NCBI GenBank assembly: GCA_050015075.1
Contig: JBEKCB010000002.1
Coordinates: 184,180-248,179 of the forward strand
DNA: 64,000 bases
Direction of reading: 5' to 3'
Origin: Candidatus Brocadiia bacterium
GTDB taxonomy: Bacteria; Planctomycetota; Brocadiia; CAIUPP01
A program made the translations under genes and the position numbers. This document shows, one piece after another, positions 30,606 through 40,502 of this stretch. Every line of letters begins with the position of its first letter. Positions within the stretch are counted from its first letter, which is position 1. The notes beneath the pieces are model-generated. The model was not told the DNA's origin. It saw only the letters and a list, made by a program, of their open reading frames with translations, and ran no database searches.

Positions 30606-32007
30606 AATACAGGTGGAACTCGTACGGGTGCGGCCGCAGGTGCATCGGATCGAGTTCCTTTTCCTTCTTCCAGGTGACCCACGCTTCGACGAGGTCCTCG
30701 GTGAACACGCCGCCGTCGAGGAGGAATGCGTGGTCCTTCTCGAGCGCCGCGATGGCTTCCTCGAGCGAGCCGGGCGTCTTGCGCGTGCCGGCGAGTTCCT
30801 CCGGGCTCATCTCGTAGATATCGCGGTCGAGCGGCTTGCCCGGGTCGGTGCGGTGCTTGATGCCGTCGAGCGCGGCCATCATGATCGCGGCGAAGGTCAG
30901 GTACGGGTTGCAGCTCGGGTCGGGGCAGCGGAACTCAACGCGCCGGGCCTTCGGGTTCTGGGTGTACATCGGGATGCGGCACGAGGCGGAGCGGTTGCGC
31001 GCGGAGAGGCACAGGTTGACGGGGGCCTCGAAGCCGGGCACCAGGCGGCGGTACGAGTTGGTCGTCGGCGCGGCGAAGGCCAGGATCGCCGGGGCGTGCT
31101 TGAGAATGCCGCCGATGGCGTGAAGGCCCAGGTCGCTCAAGCCGGCGTACTTCGGCCCGGCGAAGAGGTTCTTTCCGCCCTTCCAGAGCGAGGTGTGCGT
31201 GTGCATGCCGCTGCCGTTGTCCTCGAAGATCGGCTTGGGCATGAAAGTCACGGTCTTGCCGGCCTTCTTGGCGACGTTCTTGCAGATGTACTTGTACCAC
31301 ATCACTTGGTCGCCCATACGGAGGAGGTTGCGGAACCTCATGTCAATCTCGCTCTGCCCGGCGGTGGCCACTTCGTGGTGGTGGGCCTCGACCTGGATGC
31401 CGACCTTGCGCATCTCGTAGACCATCTCGCCGCGCAGATTGTGATACGTGTCGGTCGGGCTGACCGGGAAGTAGCCGCCCTTGAAGCTGGGCTTGTAGCC
31501 CAGGTTCGGCTCCTCGAAGCGGGCCGAGTTCCACGCGCCCTCGATCGAGTCAATCTTGTACATCCCGGTGTGCTGGTTCTGCTCGAAGCGGACCTCGTCG
31601 AAGATGAAGAACTCCAGCTCCGGGCCGATGTAGCAGGTGTCGGCGATGCCCGTCTTCTTCAGGAACGCCTCGGCCTTCTTCGCGACGTGGCGCGGGTCGC
31701 GGCTGTACTTCCCGCGCGTGACCGGGTCCACGATGTCCGCGATCACGCTCACCGTCGGCCTGTCGAAGAACGGGTCCATGCACGCGGTGTCCGCCTCGGG
31801 CACCGCCATCATGTCCGACATGTGGATCCCCTGCCAGCCGCGGATCGAGGAGCCGTCGAACCCGAGCCCCTCGACGAACGTGCCTTCGTCCAGCACGTCA
31901 ATCGGGAACGAACAATGCTGCCATGATCCGAGAAGGTCCACGAACTTCAGGTCCACCATCTCCGAGCCGTTCTTCTTCATGTACGCGAAAAATTGCTTGG
32001 GCGTCAT
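30595..32007 (-). CDS. glnA: Glutamine synthetase type I
   Basis: FDGSSI, HHEVA, KP...DNGSGMH and RLVPGFEAP motifs. Adenylylation-site Tyr in DIYEM. Confidence 0.97.
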   Translation of the reverse strand: MTPKQFFAYMKKNGSEMVDLKFVDLLGSWQHCSFPIDVLDEGTFVEGLGFDGSSIRGWQGIHMSDMMAVPEADTACMDPFFDRPTVSVIADIVDPVTRGKYSRDPRHVAKKAEAFLKKTGIADTCYIGPELEFFIFDEVRFEQNQHTGMYKIDSIEGAWNSARFEEPNLGYKPSFKGGYFPVSPTDTYHNLRGEMVYEMRKVGIQVEAHHHEVATAGQSEIDMRFRNLLRMGDQVMWYKYICKNVAKKAGKTVTFMPKPIFEDNGSGMHTHTSLWKGGKNLFAGPKYAGLSDLGLHAIGGILKHAPAILAFAAPTTNSYRRLVPGFEAPVNLCLSARNRSASCRIPMYTQNPKARRVEFRCPDPSCNPYLTFAAIMMAALDGIKHRTDPGKPLDRDIYEMSPEELAGTRKTPGSLEEAIAALEKDHAFLLDGGVFTEDLVEAWVTWKKEKELDPMHLRPHPYEFHLYYDS

Positions 32008-32136
32008 TCACGTCTCCTTTCCAAGGCCGATGGAACGCCGCGCTTCGGCGTGGCCGGTGATCGGACGCGACAGCGCAAGTCGCTCCATCATGTAGGACGG
32101 AATTGGCGACAGGGCCAGAGCACTGGCGTGGCATTC

Positions 32137-32151
32137 GCAAACAACGTGCCA
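32137..32151 (-). promoter_or_regulatory. sigma54 -24/-12 promoter of glnA-gltBD
   Basis: Minus strand TGGCACGTTGTTTGC matches the consensus TGGCAC-N5-TTGC. Confidence 0.85.
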
Positions 32152-32226
32152 CACCCTGCGTCCGCAAGAAACGTATTATACAAACGCTTCGGCCCGAAAA
32201 CAACCTGAAAATGGCCGATAAAAGGC

Positions 32227-32268
32227 TACCGTTTCGTATGTTTTTTGCGCAAAAAATACCGAAATGTA
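32227..32268. promoter_or_regulatory. Paired TAC-N6-GTA upstream activator sites
   Basis: TACcgtttcGTA (32227) and TACcgaaatGTA (32257), 30 bp apart, about 80-115 bp upstream of the -24 box. Confidence 0.7.
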
Positions 32269-32290
32269 TGAACTTATTTCTCGCGTCCGA

Positions 32291-32632
32291 TTATCCGATG
32301 GCGTCATGGCCCTCTTCGCCCGTTCGGATCCGCACGCATCGTTCCAGCGGCAGCACGAAGATCTTGCCGTCGCCGAGCTCTCCCGTGCGGGCGCCCTTGG
32401 TCAGAGCGTTGATGGCCGGTTGAACGAAATCGTCATTGACCGCGATTTCCAGGCGAATCTTGCGCAACAGGTTCCCGCCCTCTTTGATACCGCGGTAGAC
32501 CTCGGTCACTCCCTTCTGCCGGCCGTGACCCACGACTTCGCTGACCGTAATCAGGTTCACATCGGCCGCATACAGCGCCTGCTTGACTTCCTCGAGCCGG
32601 TACGGCTGAATAATGGCGACGATCAACTTCAT
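32291..32632 (-). CDS. glnK: PII nitrogen regulatory protein
   Basis: G.GRQKG..EVYRG with the T-loop Tyr, TG..GDGKIFV and RIRTGE. Directly downstream of amtB. Confidence 0.9.
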   Translation of the reverse strand: MKLIVAIIQPYRLEEVKQALYAADVNLITVSEVVGHGRQKGVTEVYRGIKEGGNLLRKIRLEIAVNDDFVQPAINALTKGARTGELGDGKIFVLPLERCVRIRTGEEGHDAIG

Positions 32633-32641
32633 GTGGGGTTC

Positions 32642-33877
32642 CTATTCCAGCACGGTGTAAGCCGCCTCGCGGTGCTGGCTCAGATCCAGCCCGAGCAGCT
32701 CGTCCCTCTCCGCCACGCGCAAGCCGACGAAGCGGTCCACGAGTTTGTAGATGATCAAGGTCGAGACGAAGGCGTATGCGGCGGTCGCGCCAACGCCCGC
32801 GGCCTGCACCAGCAGTTGCCTAGGGTTCCCGTAGAAAAGTCCGTTCGCGCCGGCGGCGTTGATGGCCGTGCTGGCGAACAAGCCCGTCAGCAAGGCGCCC
32901 AGCGTTCCGCCGACGCCATGGACACCGAATGCGTCGAGCGCGTCGTCGTAGCCGGCTTTCGCCTTCAGTACCGTCACCGCGAAGAAACAGACCACGCCGA
33001 CGGCCACGCCGATGATGATTGCCGACACCGGACCTACGAACCCCGCCGCCGGCGTGATCGCCACCAGCCCCGCCACCGCGCCGGTCGCGATGCCGAACAT
33101 CGTCGGCTTCCCGTTCCACACCGAGTCCATAAACGCCCAGGCCAGGCCCGCAGCCGCGGCGGCGGTGTTCGTGACCACGAAGGCGCTGGTGGCCAGGCTG
33201 CCGGCGGACAGCGCGCTGCCCGCGTTGAACCCGAACCAGCCGAACCACAGCATGGCCGCGCCCAACACAGTCAGCGGAAGATTGTGCGGCGGACTGGCTA
33301 CGCCGCTGTATCCTTTCCGTCGGCCGATCATCAGCGCCGTCGCCAGCGCCGAGACGCCCGAGATGACGTGCACCACCGTCCCGCCTGCAAAATCAAGCAC
33401 GCCCATGTTGTGCAACCAGCCGCCGACTCCCCAGACCCAGTGGCAAACCGGGTCGTAGACGAACGTCGCCCAGAGGAGCGTAAAGAGCAGGAACGCGGAG
33501 AATTTCATCCGCTCCGCGAACGCCCCGATGATCAAGGCCGGCGTGATGACCGCAAACATCGCCTGGAAAATCATGAACGCCTGGTGCGGGATCGTCGCCG
33601 CGTAGTCCGGGTAAGGCTGCCCGCCGACCCCGTTCAGCCCGATCCACGAGAGCCCGCCGATGAACCAGTTTCCGGGCGAGAACGCGAGACTGTAGCCGAA
33701 GAGCACCCATTGCACGCTCACCAGGCACAGGATCACGCAGCACTGCATCAGGATGCCCAGTATGTTCTTGCGCCGAACCATGCCCCCATAGAAGAAGGCC
33801 AGTCCCGGCGTCATCAGCATGACCAGGCCGGCGCAGATCAAAACAAATGCGGTGTCGCCCGCGTTGACCGCGTTCAT
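32642..33877 (-). CDS. amtB: Ammonium transporter
   Basis: MTPGLAFFYGG, DFAGGTVVH, WFGWFGFNAGS and DD.LD.FGVHG motifs. Confidence 0.95.
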   Translation of the reverse strand: MNAVNAGDTAFVLICAGLVMLMTPGLAFFYGGMVRRKNILGILMQCCVILCLVSVQWVLFGYSLAFSPGNWFIGGLSWIGLNGVGGQPYPDYAATIPHQAFMIFQAMFAVITPALIIGAFAERMKFSAFLLFTLLWATFVYDPVCHWVWGVGGWLHNMGVLDFAGGTVVHVISGVSALATALMIGRRKGYSGVASPPHNLPLTVLGAAMLWFGWFGFNAGSALSAGSLATSAFVVTNTAAAAAGLAWAFMDSVWNGKPTMFGIATGAVAGLVAITPAAGFVGPVSAIIIGVAVGVVCFFAVTVLKAKAGYDDALDAFGVHGVGGTLGALLTGLFASTAINAAGANGLFYGNPRQLLVQAAGVGATAAYAFVSTLIIYKLVDRFVGLRVAERDELLGLDLSQHREAAYTVLE

Positions 33878-33908
33878 CCGCTCTCATCCTTTCCCAAAAC
33901 CATGCGCA

Positions 33909-34118
33909 TCACAAACCGGGTCCGCCGAACCGAAACCGGAGAAGATGTCTTTGGGCGGCGAGGCTGTCGCTTCCCAGAAAGGCTTGAATTCGGCAGTTCT
34001 CAAGGCTGCCCGGCTCGGCAGGGTGAACGATAATCCGCATCAACTGCTCCGCGGGCGTCTTCGGCCCCGGCGGTTTCGCAGGCGGCCCATCGGCCTTCGA
34101 TTCGCCCGGCGGTTTCAT
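33909..34118 (-). CDS. Small hypothetical protein (69 aa) leading the amtB-glnK transcript
   Basis: ATG preceded by GAAAGG; lies between the sigma54 promoter and amtB. Confidence 0.4.
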   Translation of the reverse strand: MKPPGESKADGPPAKPPGPKTPAEQLMRIIVHPAEPGSLENCRIQAFLGSDSLAAQRHLLRFRFGGPGL

Positions 34119-34159
34119 CGTGATGACCTTTCAATCCGGACACAGTTACGCTCGGTGTA

Positions 34160-34176
34160 TGCAAGTCATGTGCCAA
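34160..34176 (-). promoter_or_regulatory. sigma54 promoter of amtB-glnK
   Basis: Minus strand TTGGCACATGACTTGCA. Palindromic site ATCCTACcaaacgGTAGGAT at 34284-34303 upstream. Confidence 0.85.
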
Positions 34177-34343
34177 GTTGGGAAGGATCGGACTGGGAGG
34201 ACAGAATGCAGCAGAAGTTGCGGCATCAATGAGACTTACAGAATGCGGCCTCGCCGTGCGCCTACAGTTTCACCATGCGCCACATCCTACCAAACGGTAG
34301 GATAGGCACCGGGAAAACTGAGCCTGCGAAGCGGCTCCGGCGG

Positions 34344-34682
34344 TTACAGCGCCTGGTCGCCGCGCTCGTTCGTTCGTATCCGCACGGCGTCCGCGACGGG
34401 GTGGATGAAGATCTTGCCGTCGCCGACTTCGCCGGTGCGGGCGGCATCGCAGATGGCGCTGACGATCCCCTCCACGTCTTCATCTTTCGCCACGACCTGG
34501 ATAACGGCCTTGGTGAGAAATTCCAGTTTGTAGGTCTTGCCGCGGAACTGCTGCTCGACGCCCCGTTGGGTGCCGTGGCCCTCGATCTCGCTGACCATGA
34601 CGCCGGGATGGCCGACCTTGTCCAGGGCCGTGCATACGTCGCCGACTTTCGTGGTGCGGACGACCGCTTCGATTCTCTTCAC
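34344..34682 (-). CDS. PII-family protein (Phe in place of T-loop Tyr51)
   Basis: GHGTQRG.EQQFRG, TGEVGDGKIF and RIRT motifs. GTG start with an AAGGAG RBS. Confidence 0.9.
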   Translation of the reverse strand: MKRIEAVVRTTKVGDVCTALDKVGHPGVMVSEIEGHGTQRGVEQQFRGKTYKLEFLTKAVIQVVAKDEDVEGIVSAICDAARTGEVGDGKIFIHPVADAVRIRTNERGDQAL

Positions 34683-34727
34683 TATTATGCTCCTTGGGGC
34701 CGTTTCATAAGAGCGGTTGTCTGCTCT

Positions 34728-34798
34728 TCATTCCCGCGCGCGCGGGAATCCGGACGTTCGGCGTACGGCTCTGGATTCCCGCTTGGCCGGGAATGACA
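34728..34798. repeat. Paired ATTCCC-N8-GGGAAT palindromes (dRS3/REP-like)
   Basis: ATTCCCgcgcgcgcGGGAAT (34730-34749) and ATTCCCgcttggccGGGAAT (34775-34794). Confidence 0.7.
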
Positions 34799-34962
34799 CA
34801 GAGACCTGATGCGCTTCTCCGCGGCCAAGGCGACCGCCAATTCCAGATAGTGGGTTCGTGACACGGGGAACTGGGACAGTTTCTCAGGAGCGTAGCGAAA
34901 CATTTCACACCCTTAAACGTTGAATGACCGCGCATTACTCGAGTGATTTCCGGGGCACCGCA

Positions 34963-36855
34963 CTATATGGCCCTCACGCCTTTCTCTCCGGTGCGGATGC
35001 GCATGGCGTCGGAGGCGTCGATAACGAAGATTTTCCCATCGCCGACGTTGCCGTTGCCCGTGTTGCCCGTGCGCGCGCCCTCGCCGACGAGGTCCATGAC
35101 GCGCGGCACGTCCCAGTCCTTCACCACGAGGTCCACCCGGAGCTTGGAGACGAACGTGATCCGGCCGCCGTTGCCGTTGCCGCCGGGATCCCCGTCCGCA
35201 TGGCCTTTCTGCCGACCGAACCCTTTCACCTTCGTCACCGTCATGCCCATGATGAGGTCCTCGTCCTTGAGCGCCTCGACGACGAGCTGAAGCTGCTCCG
35301 GCCGGATCATGCAGGAGACCATTTTCATGTTGTACGTCTTTTGCACGGTCGTCACCGCGACGTAGACCAGGCTGACCATCAGCCAGGCGCCCGCGATGAT
35401 GAGGCAGATCAGCGCTTCTTTTTTCGAGTCGCCGCCGCCGATGATGCCCAGGTAGAGGATGGCCGCGAGCATCACCGCGTTGGTGAGGACGCCCATCACA
35501 GGAACGATGCCGTGTTTGAGGAGGCTGAAATCCTTTCGGCCCTTGAAGGCCACCACGGTCCACGCGCAGGTCAATCCGTAGAGCACGAAGGTCCCGAAGT
35601 TGGAGGCGAGCGTGATGCCGGTCAGGCCGACGACGTTGCGCACGCCGATCGCCGCGATGCCGGAGGTGACGAGGATCAGGACCCCGAGCGCAATGTGCGG
35701 CGTGGCGTGCTGGTCGTGAATGAAGCTGAGTGACCGGGGCAGCTCGCGGTCCTCCGCCATGCCGCAACTGACGCGCATGGCCGTGTTCATGCAGCTCAGG
35801 GTTGTGCCGACAATGGCGATGGCCACGGTGATCGCCATGGTGATCATCAGCCCGAAGCCGAAGCCGGGGATGACCGCGTTGCCGAGGAGCTTCGTCATAT
35901 CGCCCAGCGGCGCGCTGGAGGCCGCGGCGGCCGCCATCCCGGTCACGCCGCCCGTCCCGGCCAGTTTGTCGCTGACCATGTATCCGGCGGCGAAGTACTC
36001 GAACAGGTACGCGAACAATCCCTGGATCATGAGCGAGATAATAATGGCCTTCGGGATGGTGGTCTTCGGATCCTTGGTCTCCGCCGCCAGCGCGGTGCAG
36101 CTTTCAAACCCGACCAGGATCAGGATCGCCAGCGTGGACTGAACCAGGACGCCGCTGAACGAGTGCGGCTTGACGATGTCCCACGCGCCGGTGAACGACC
36201 ATGCGGCGGCATGTGCCGGGTTCGCAACGCGGTACCAGATCGCCAGGCCGCTGAAGAAGACGAGCGCGACCAGCTGAATGACGTTGATCCACAGCGCCGT
36301 CCGGGTTGACCCGGTTACGCCCCGGTAGGCGATATATCCGGTCACGGCGGCGAAGACGATTCCGATCAGGGTCAGCGCCTCCGGGGACAACTCCTTCCCC
36401 GAAAACTGCGAATAGATGTACCCGATCAGTATCGCCATCATGGCGACCATGATTCCCGGGTAGACCCAGTAGAAGAGGTGCGCGGACCAGCCGGTGGCGA
36501 GTTTCGCCATGCGCGCCAGAGATTGTGGTCCGCTCGATTTTTCTCCCCGGCTGTCCAGAAAGGCCTTTTCCGCGAAATACGTGCAACTGGCAAAGCCGGC
36601 CTCCGGGTACAGCCGCGCCAGTTGCGAATACGAGTACGCCGTCAGGAACGCCACGCCGAGAGCCACCACGATGCCGAACCACATGTCGTTCGCCACCGAC
36701 GCGCCGCTGGGAGCGGTTGCGGCCGCCTGCATCTGAATCGTGATCCAGAGAAACGCGCCCGGAGCGATCAGCGCCATCGCATTGACCGTGGCGCCGACCA
36801 ATCCGAGCGTCGGCTTTATGCCGGAAGACGTCCGCAGTCCGATGGGGGTCGCCAT
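34963..36855 (-). CDS. APC-family amino-acid permease fused to a C-terminal PII domain
   Basis: APC motifs (NAMALIAPGA, GFES...LA.E.KDP...IP) followed in frame by KMV...IRP, KGFGRQKG, GDGKIFV and RIRTGE. ATG at 36855 with an AAGGAG RBS. Confidence 0.85.
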   Translation of the reverse strand: MATPIGLRTSSGIKPTLGLVGATVNAMALIAPGAFLWITIQMQAAATAPSGASVANDMWFGIVVALGVAFLTAYSYSQLARLYPEAGFASCTYFAEKAFLDSRGEKSSGPQSLARMAKLATGWSAHLFYWVYPGIMVAMMAILIGYIYSQFSGKELSPEALTLIGIVFAAVTGYIAYRGVTGSTRTALWINVIQLVALVFFSGLAIWYRVANPAHAAAWSFTGAWDIVKPHSFSGVLVQSTLAILILVGFESCTALAAETKDPKTTIPKAIIISLMIQGLFAYLFEYFAAGYMVSDKLAGTGGVTGMAAAAASSAPLGDMTKLLGNAVIPGFGFGLMITMAITVAIAIVGTTLSCMNTAMRVSCGMAEDRELPRSLSFIHDQHATPHIALGVLILVTSGIAAIGVRNVVGLTGITLASNFGTFVLYGLTCAWTVVAFKGRKDFSLLKHGIVPVMGVLTNAVMLAAILYLGIIGGGDSKKEALICLIIAGAWLMVSLVYVAVTTVQKTYNMKMVSCMIRPEQLQLVVEALKDEDLIMGMTVTKVKGFGRQKGHADGDPGGNGNGGRITFVSKLRVDLVVKDWDVPRVMDLVGEGARTGNTGNGNVGDGKIFVIDASDAMRIRTGEKGVRAI

Positions 36856-36876
36856 CCGAGACTCCTTTTCCAAAAG

Positions 36877-38172
36877 TTAGAACTTGTAGATGAGGTCCAT
36901 GGCGAGAGTGAGCTGGCTCTCGTGGCCATGGCCGAAGGCGTCGGGGTTGTCCGACCAGTCGCACCGGAACTCCGGCCGCAGCACCAGGTTCTTCAGTTGC
37001 GCGTGGTTCGGCGCCGGCGTCAGGCTCGCCCCGATCGTGCTCTCGTAGAGGTCGCCGTTCACCCCGGTCCGCCAGCCGCCGTCGTCGCGCATCTCTTCCA
37101 GCCGCCACGTGCCGCTGATATAGTCGTTGCAGATGTACGTGAGGTAGTGCGCCGCGCCGTAGGCGTCCGCCCGCTTGTGGGCGATCCCCGGGACGTTCTC
37201 CTCGGCGAGCCAGTCGAAGTTCAGCGACTCGGTCAGCTTGTCGGTCCAGCTCTGATTGATCACCACGTCCGTCAGCGTTCGACAGTCGCTGTTGTCGTCG
37301 GTCCGCTCGGGACCGGTGATGATGTTGAGCGACGCCTGCGTCTGCGCGTGACCTGAGACCTGCGCCTTGCTCGACCAGCTCACACCGGCCAGGTAGCTCT
37401 CGGCGGTGTTATTGTCCTCGACCACGTCCCAGCCCTCCACGATGCCGAAGTAGGCGTAGACCTGGGAGCTGAAGATATACTTCGCCACGCCTCCGGTGTG
37501 GGTCGTCGGCTCCAGGAAGGTGTAGATGTCGCTGTGCGAATAGAGCAGGTTGTTCGTCGCCTCGGCCGACTCGCTGCCGACCAGGGTGAGGAACTTTCCG
37601 AAGGTCAGCTCCAGCCCGCTCTCCGAGCCGGTCTTGAACCAGAGCTGGCCGTACGCCTGGAGCACGTCGGCCCACTGGAAGTCGTCGTTGCCCATCCCGC
37701 CGATATGGTCGGCCAGGCCCGCGGCGTGCGTGAATCGGGCGTCGCCGCCGTACAGCAGGTCGAAGCGTCCGCCGAAGTCGAAGCTCTTGGTGCTGTCGTA
37801 GGGGCGGTCCAGCGTCAATTGGACTTGATTGAGGCGCAGGCTGTCCGGCCGCGGCGCGTCGTAATCGCGCAGCGGCAGCGGGCTCTCACCGTTGGTCAGA
37901 CGGCCGGTGAAACCGATCTCGGCAGCGCCCCAGAGTCTCAGTCCAAGATCGTCCATCACTTTCCCGATCGAAGTGTCCTTCAAGCTATCCATGATCAGCC
38001 CGGGCGGCCAGACCTCCGGCGCGGCCGCTGGAGGCGGAGTCGCCGGCGCGGACTGGCCGGCGGGCTCGGACGCCGCGCCCGTTGGCGCATCCGCCGCGCA
38101 AACATATCCGGCTGCACAAAGCGAGGCCGCCAAAGCCCTCGCGCTGATTTTCAACCAGTTGCATCTCATCAA
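36877..38172 (-). CDS. Outer-membrane beta-barrel porin (DUF1597/BBP2-like)
   Basis: Signal peptide, LNQ, G.DARF, GKF.T..G.E, N..YSHS and RPE.R.DW motifs. Terminal ...YKF. Confidence 0.75.
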   Translation of the reverse strand: MMRCNWLKISARALAASLCAAGYVCAADAPTGAASEPAGQSAPATPPPAAAPEVWPPGLIMDSLKDTSIGKVMDDLGLRLWGAAEIGFTGRLTNGESPLPLRDYDAPRPDSLRLNQVQLTLDRPYDSTKSFDFGGRFDLLYGGDARFTHAAGLADHIGGMGNDDFQWADVLQAYGQLWFKTGSESGLELTFGKFLTLVGSESAEATNNLLYSHSDIYTFLEPTTHTGGVAKYIFSSQVYAYFGIVEGWDVVEDNNTAESYLAGVSWSSKAQVSGHAQTQASLNIITGPERTDDNSDCRTLTDVVINQSWTDKLTESLNFDWLAEENVPGIAHKRADAYGAAHYLTYICNDYISGTWRLEEMRDDGGWRTGVNGDLYESTIGASLTPAPNHAQLKNLVLRPEFRCDWSDNPDAFGHGHESQLTLAMDLIYKF

Positions 38173-38255
38173 GTTGTCTTACCTCTCCGACTGCGCCTCA
38201 CACGGGGGAAACATATGCCTGGCAGTTCACCTGCCCCCGCGTTCGGTGTCCACAT

Positions 38256-38272
38256 ATCAAACTGCGTGCCGG
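38256..38272 (-). promoter_or_regulatory. sigma54-like promoter of the porin / APC-PII / PII operon
   Basis: Minus strand CCGGCACGCAGTTTGAT (variant -12). TAC-N6-GTA at 38375 and TAC-N6-GTG at 38405 upstream. Confidence 0.6.
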
Positions 38273-38403
38273 ACCGAACCCCGAATCGCGAAACACATCC
38301 TAAGCGGCAACCAAATCGTGGGTTAGGTGAAGAGAAGCCTTGCCGTTGGAACTGAACGGGCGAGGCTGTAAAGCTACCTGCTGGTATGATGGAGTAACTG
38401 AAC

Positions 38404-38661
38404 CTACACAGCGGTGTGGAATTGTCGCGCCTGGATTCCGTGCTTGCGGACGCGAAGGCCCATGACGCGTTCGCTCACGCCGAGGCTGCGGGCGGCCCTG
38501 GCGATGTTGCCGCGAGAGGCTCTGAGAGCATCGAGAATGAGGTTCCGCTCGAGATCGTCGAGCGTCTCCTGGAGCGAATGCCGGTGCGCGACGCCGGCGG
38601 CCTCGGCGGTCTGAAGCATCGGCGGGAGATTGCATCCCATCGAGTCATCTTTCCTCTTCAT
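38404..38661 (-). CDS. Stand-alone Fis-type HTH protein, a paralog of the activator's DNA-binding domain
   Basis: 85 aa; 54 of 74 residues identical to the C-terminus of 38875-40452 by manual alignment. GAGGTG RBS. No AAA+ domain. Confidence 0.7.
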   Translation of the reverse strand: MKRKDDSMGCNLPPMLQTAEAAGVAHRHSLQETLDDLERNLILDALRASRGNIARAARSLGVSERVMGLRVRKHGIQARQFHTAV

Positions 38662-38726
38662 CTGCACCTCACGCACGGAAAACGTCCGCCTGAAAGCTCC
38701 TCGGTCCGACGTTCCATATTCCCGCC

Positions 38727-38743
38727 ATCAAACCGCGTGCCAA
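38727..38743 (-). promoter_or_regulatory. sigma54-like promoter of the mini-HTH gene
   Basis: Minus strand TTGGCACGCGGTTTGAT. TAC-N6-GTA at 38846 and TAC-N6-GTT at 38876 upstream. Confidence 0.65.
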
Positions 38744-38874
38744 GCTCGATGCCGAGCGAGGAAACACGTCTTAACTGGCTATCAACGCGCAGCTTAGATA
38801 GACAGAGGTCTCTCGACCGAAAGGGAATGGGCGCAACTGGTAAGCTACCCGCAGGTAGGAGTGACTGAATGAAC

Positions 38875-40452
38875 CTACAGAGCGGTTCGGAACCGTTTAG
38901 CTTCGATTCCGTGCTTGCGAACGCGAAGTCCCATGAGGCGTTCACTCAGGCCGAGGCTGCGTGCGGCCTTCGCCATGTTGCCGCGCGAAGACTTGAGGGC
39001 GTCGAAGATGAGTTCACGCTCGAGTTCGTCGAGCGCCTCCTGCAAGGAACCCTGATGCGCGGTGCCGGTGGCCTCGGCGGTCTGAAGCGTCGGCGGGAGG
39101 TGGTGTCCGTGGATGACCTGGTCGTTGCTCACCAGCACCGCCCGTTCGATGCAGTTCTCCAGCTCGCGCACATTGCCCGGCCAATGGTAACTCATCAGCA
39201 TGTCAATCGCCGGCGTCGAGATCCGCTGGATCCCCTTGTGATTGAGCCGGCTGTACTTCTCGACGAAGAAGTCCACGAGCAGCGGCAGGTCCGTCTTCCG
39301 GTCGCGCAAGGGCGGCACGTGGATCGTGAACACGTTCAGGCGGTAATACAGGTCCTGCCGGAAATTCCCCTCCGCGATCAGATTCTCCACGTCGCGGTTG
39401 GTCGCCGCAATGATGCGGACGTCAGTCTTGATCGTGCCCGTTCCGCCGACGCGCTCGAACTCCTTTTCCTGAAGCACGCGCAGGAGCTTGATCTGCGTCG
39501 AGGGCGAGAAATCGCCGACCTCATCCAGGAAGATCGTCCCGCCCGCGGCCAGTTCGAACCGGCCCTTGCGCTGGTAGATGGCCCCCGTGAACGCGCCCTT
39601 CTCGTGACCGAACAGCTCGCTCTCGATCAACGTCTCCGGCAGCGCGGCGCAGTTAACTTTAATGAACGCCTTCGCGGCGCGCCGGCTGTTGTAATGGATC
39701 GCGTGCGCGACCAGCTCCTTGCCCACGCCGCTCTCGCCGCGGATCAGCACCGTCGTGTCGCTCTTGGCCACGTTCGCGATCAGGTCGTAAACCGCCTGCA
39801 TCGCGCTGGAATTCCCGATGATGTTCGACGGCCGGAAGCGGTCCTTCAGCTCCTCCTGGAGCCGCTGGTTCTCCTCGAGCAGCCGCTGCTGCTCCTCGAG
39901 CGCCGCCTGGCGCAGCCGGACCGCCTGCGCGATCATCGAGGCGATGATCGAAAGCAGCCGCACGTCCTCGTCGCACGTTACCGCCTCGGAGAACAGGCGG
40001 TCCGCACTCAGCGCCCCAATCGTCTCGTTGCCCAGCTTGATCGGAACGCAGATGAACGAAATATCCTGCTTCTGCAGCCGGCTCCGCGCGCCGGTCCGGT
40101 TCAGGAACAGCGGCTCCTGTGAGATGCGCGGCACGATCGCCGCGCGGCCGGTCTCGACCACCTTGCCGGTGACCCCTTCGCCGCGCCGATAGATCCCCCG
40201 CTTCCGCTGGCTCGCCGTCAGCCCGTGCGCCGCCTCGATGTAGAGCTCTCCCGTCCCGCGGTTCAACAGCGTCAGCGTCCCTCGCAACATGCCCATGTGA
40301 CGCGCCATCGCGTCCAGCACTGGGTGGACCGCGGCGCGGATGTCTATGGTGCCATCGAGCGTCTGGCTGATTTCGAACAGCAGCGAGAGTTCCTTCACCT
40401 CGCGCCTGATCGGCGGGCGCGAGGCCTCGTGAGGTTGAGCAGCAGGGTTCAC
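38875..40452 (-). CDS. NifA/AnfA-family sigma54 activator (GAF-AAA+-HTH)
   Basis: GAF domain, [19 protein letters not shown] and WPGNVREL. The [23 protein letters not shown] is AnfA-like. Confidence 0.9.
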   Translation of the reverse strand: MNPAAQPHEASRPPIRREVKELSLLFEISQTLDGTIDIRAAVHPVLDAMARHMGMLRGTLTLLNRGTGELYIEAAHGLTASQRKRGIYRRGEGVTGKVVETGRAAIVPRISQEPLFLNRTGARSRLQKQDISFICVPIKLGNETIGALSADRLFSEAVTCDEDVRLLSIIASMIAQAVRLRQAALEEQQRLLEENQRLQEELKDRFRPSNIIGNSSAMQAVYDLIANVAKSDTTVLIRGESGVGKELVAHAIHYNSRRAAKAFIKVNCAALPETLIESELFGHEKGAFTGAIYQRKGRFELAAGGTIFLDEVGDFSPSTQIKLLRVLQEKEFERVGGTGTIKTDVRIIAATNRDVENLIAEGNFRQDLYYRLNVFTIHVPPLRDRKTDLPLLVDFFVEKYSRLNHKGIQRISTPAIDMLMSYHWPGNVRELENCIERAVLVSNDQVIHGHHLPPTLQTAEATGTAHQGSLQEALDELERELIFDALKSSRGNMAKAARSLGLSERLMGLRVRKHGIEAKRFRTAL

Positions 40453-40502
40453 GTGGCGATTTCCTAATCCATTCCGTAGGATGAAATACCGATTCCCACC
40501 GT

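Noticed and set aside
26790-30677. 1295-aa plus-strand ORF
   Set aside because: Antisense shadow of gltB caused by high-GC codon bias; no motifs.
38875-40452. Calling the locus nitrogen fixation (nifA/anfA)
   Set aside because: No nitrogenase genes in the window, so the gene symbol was withheld.
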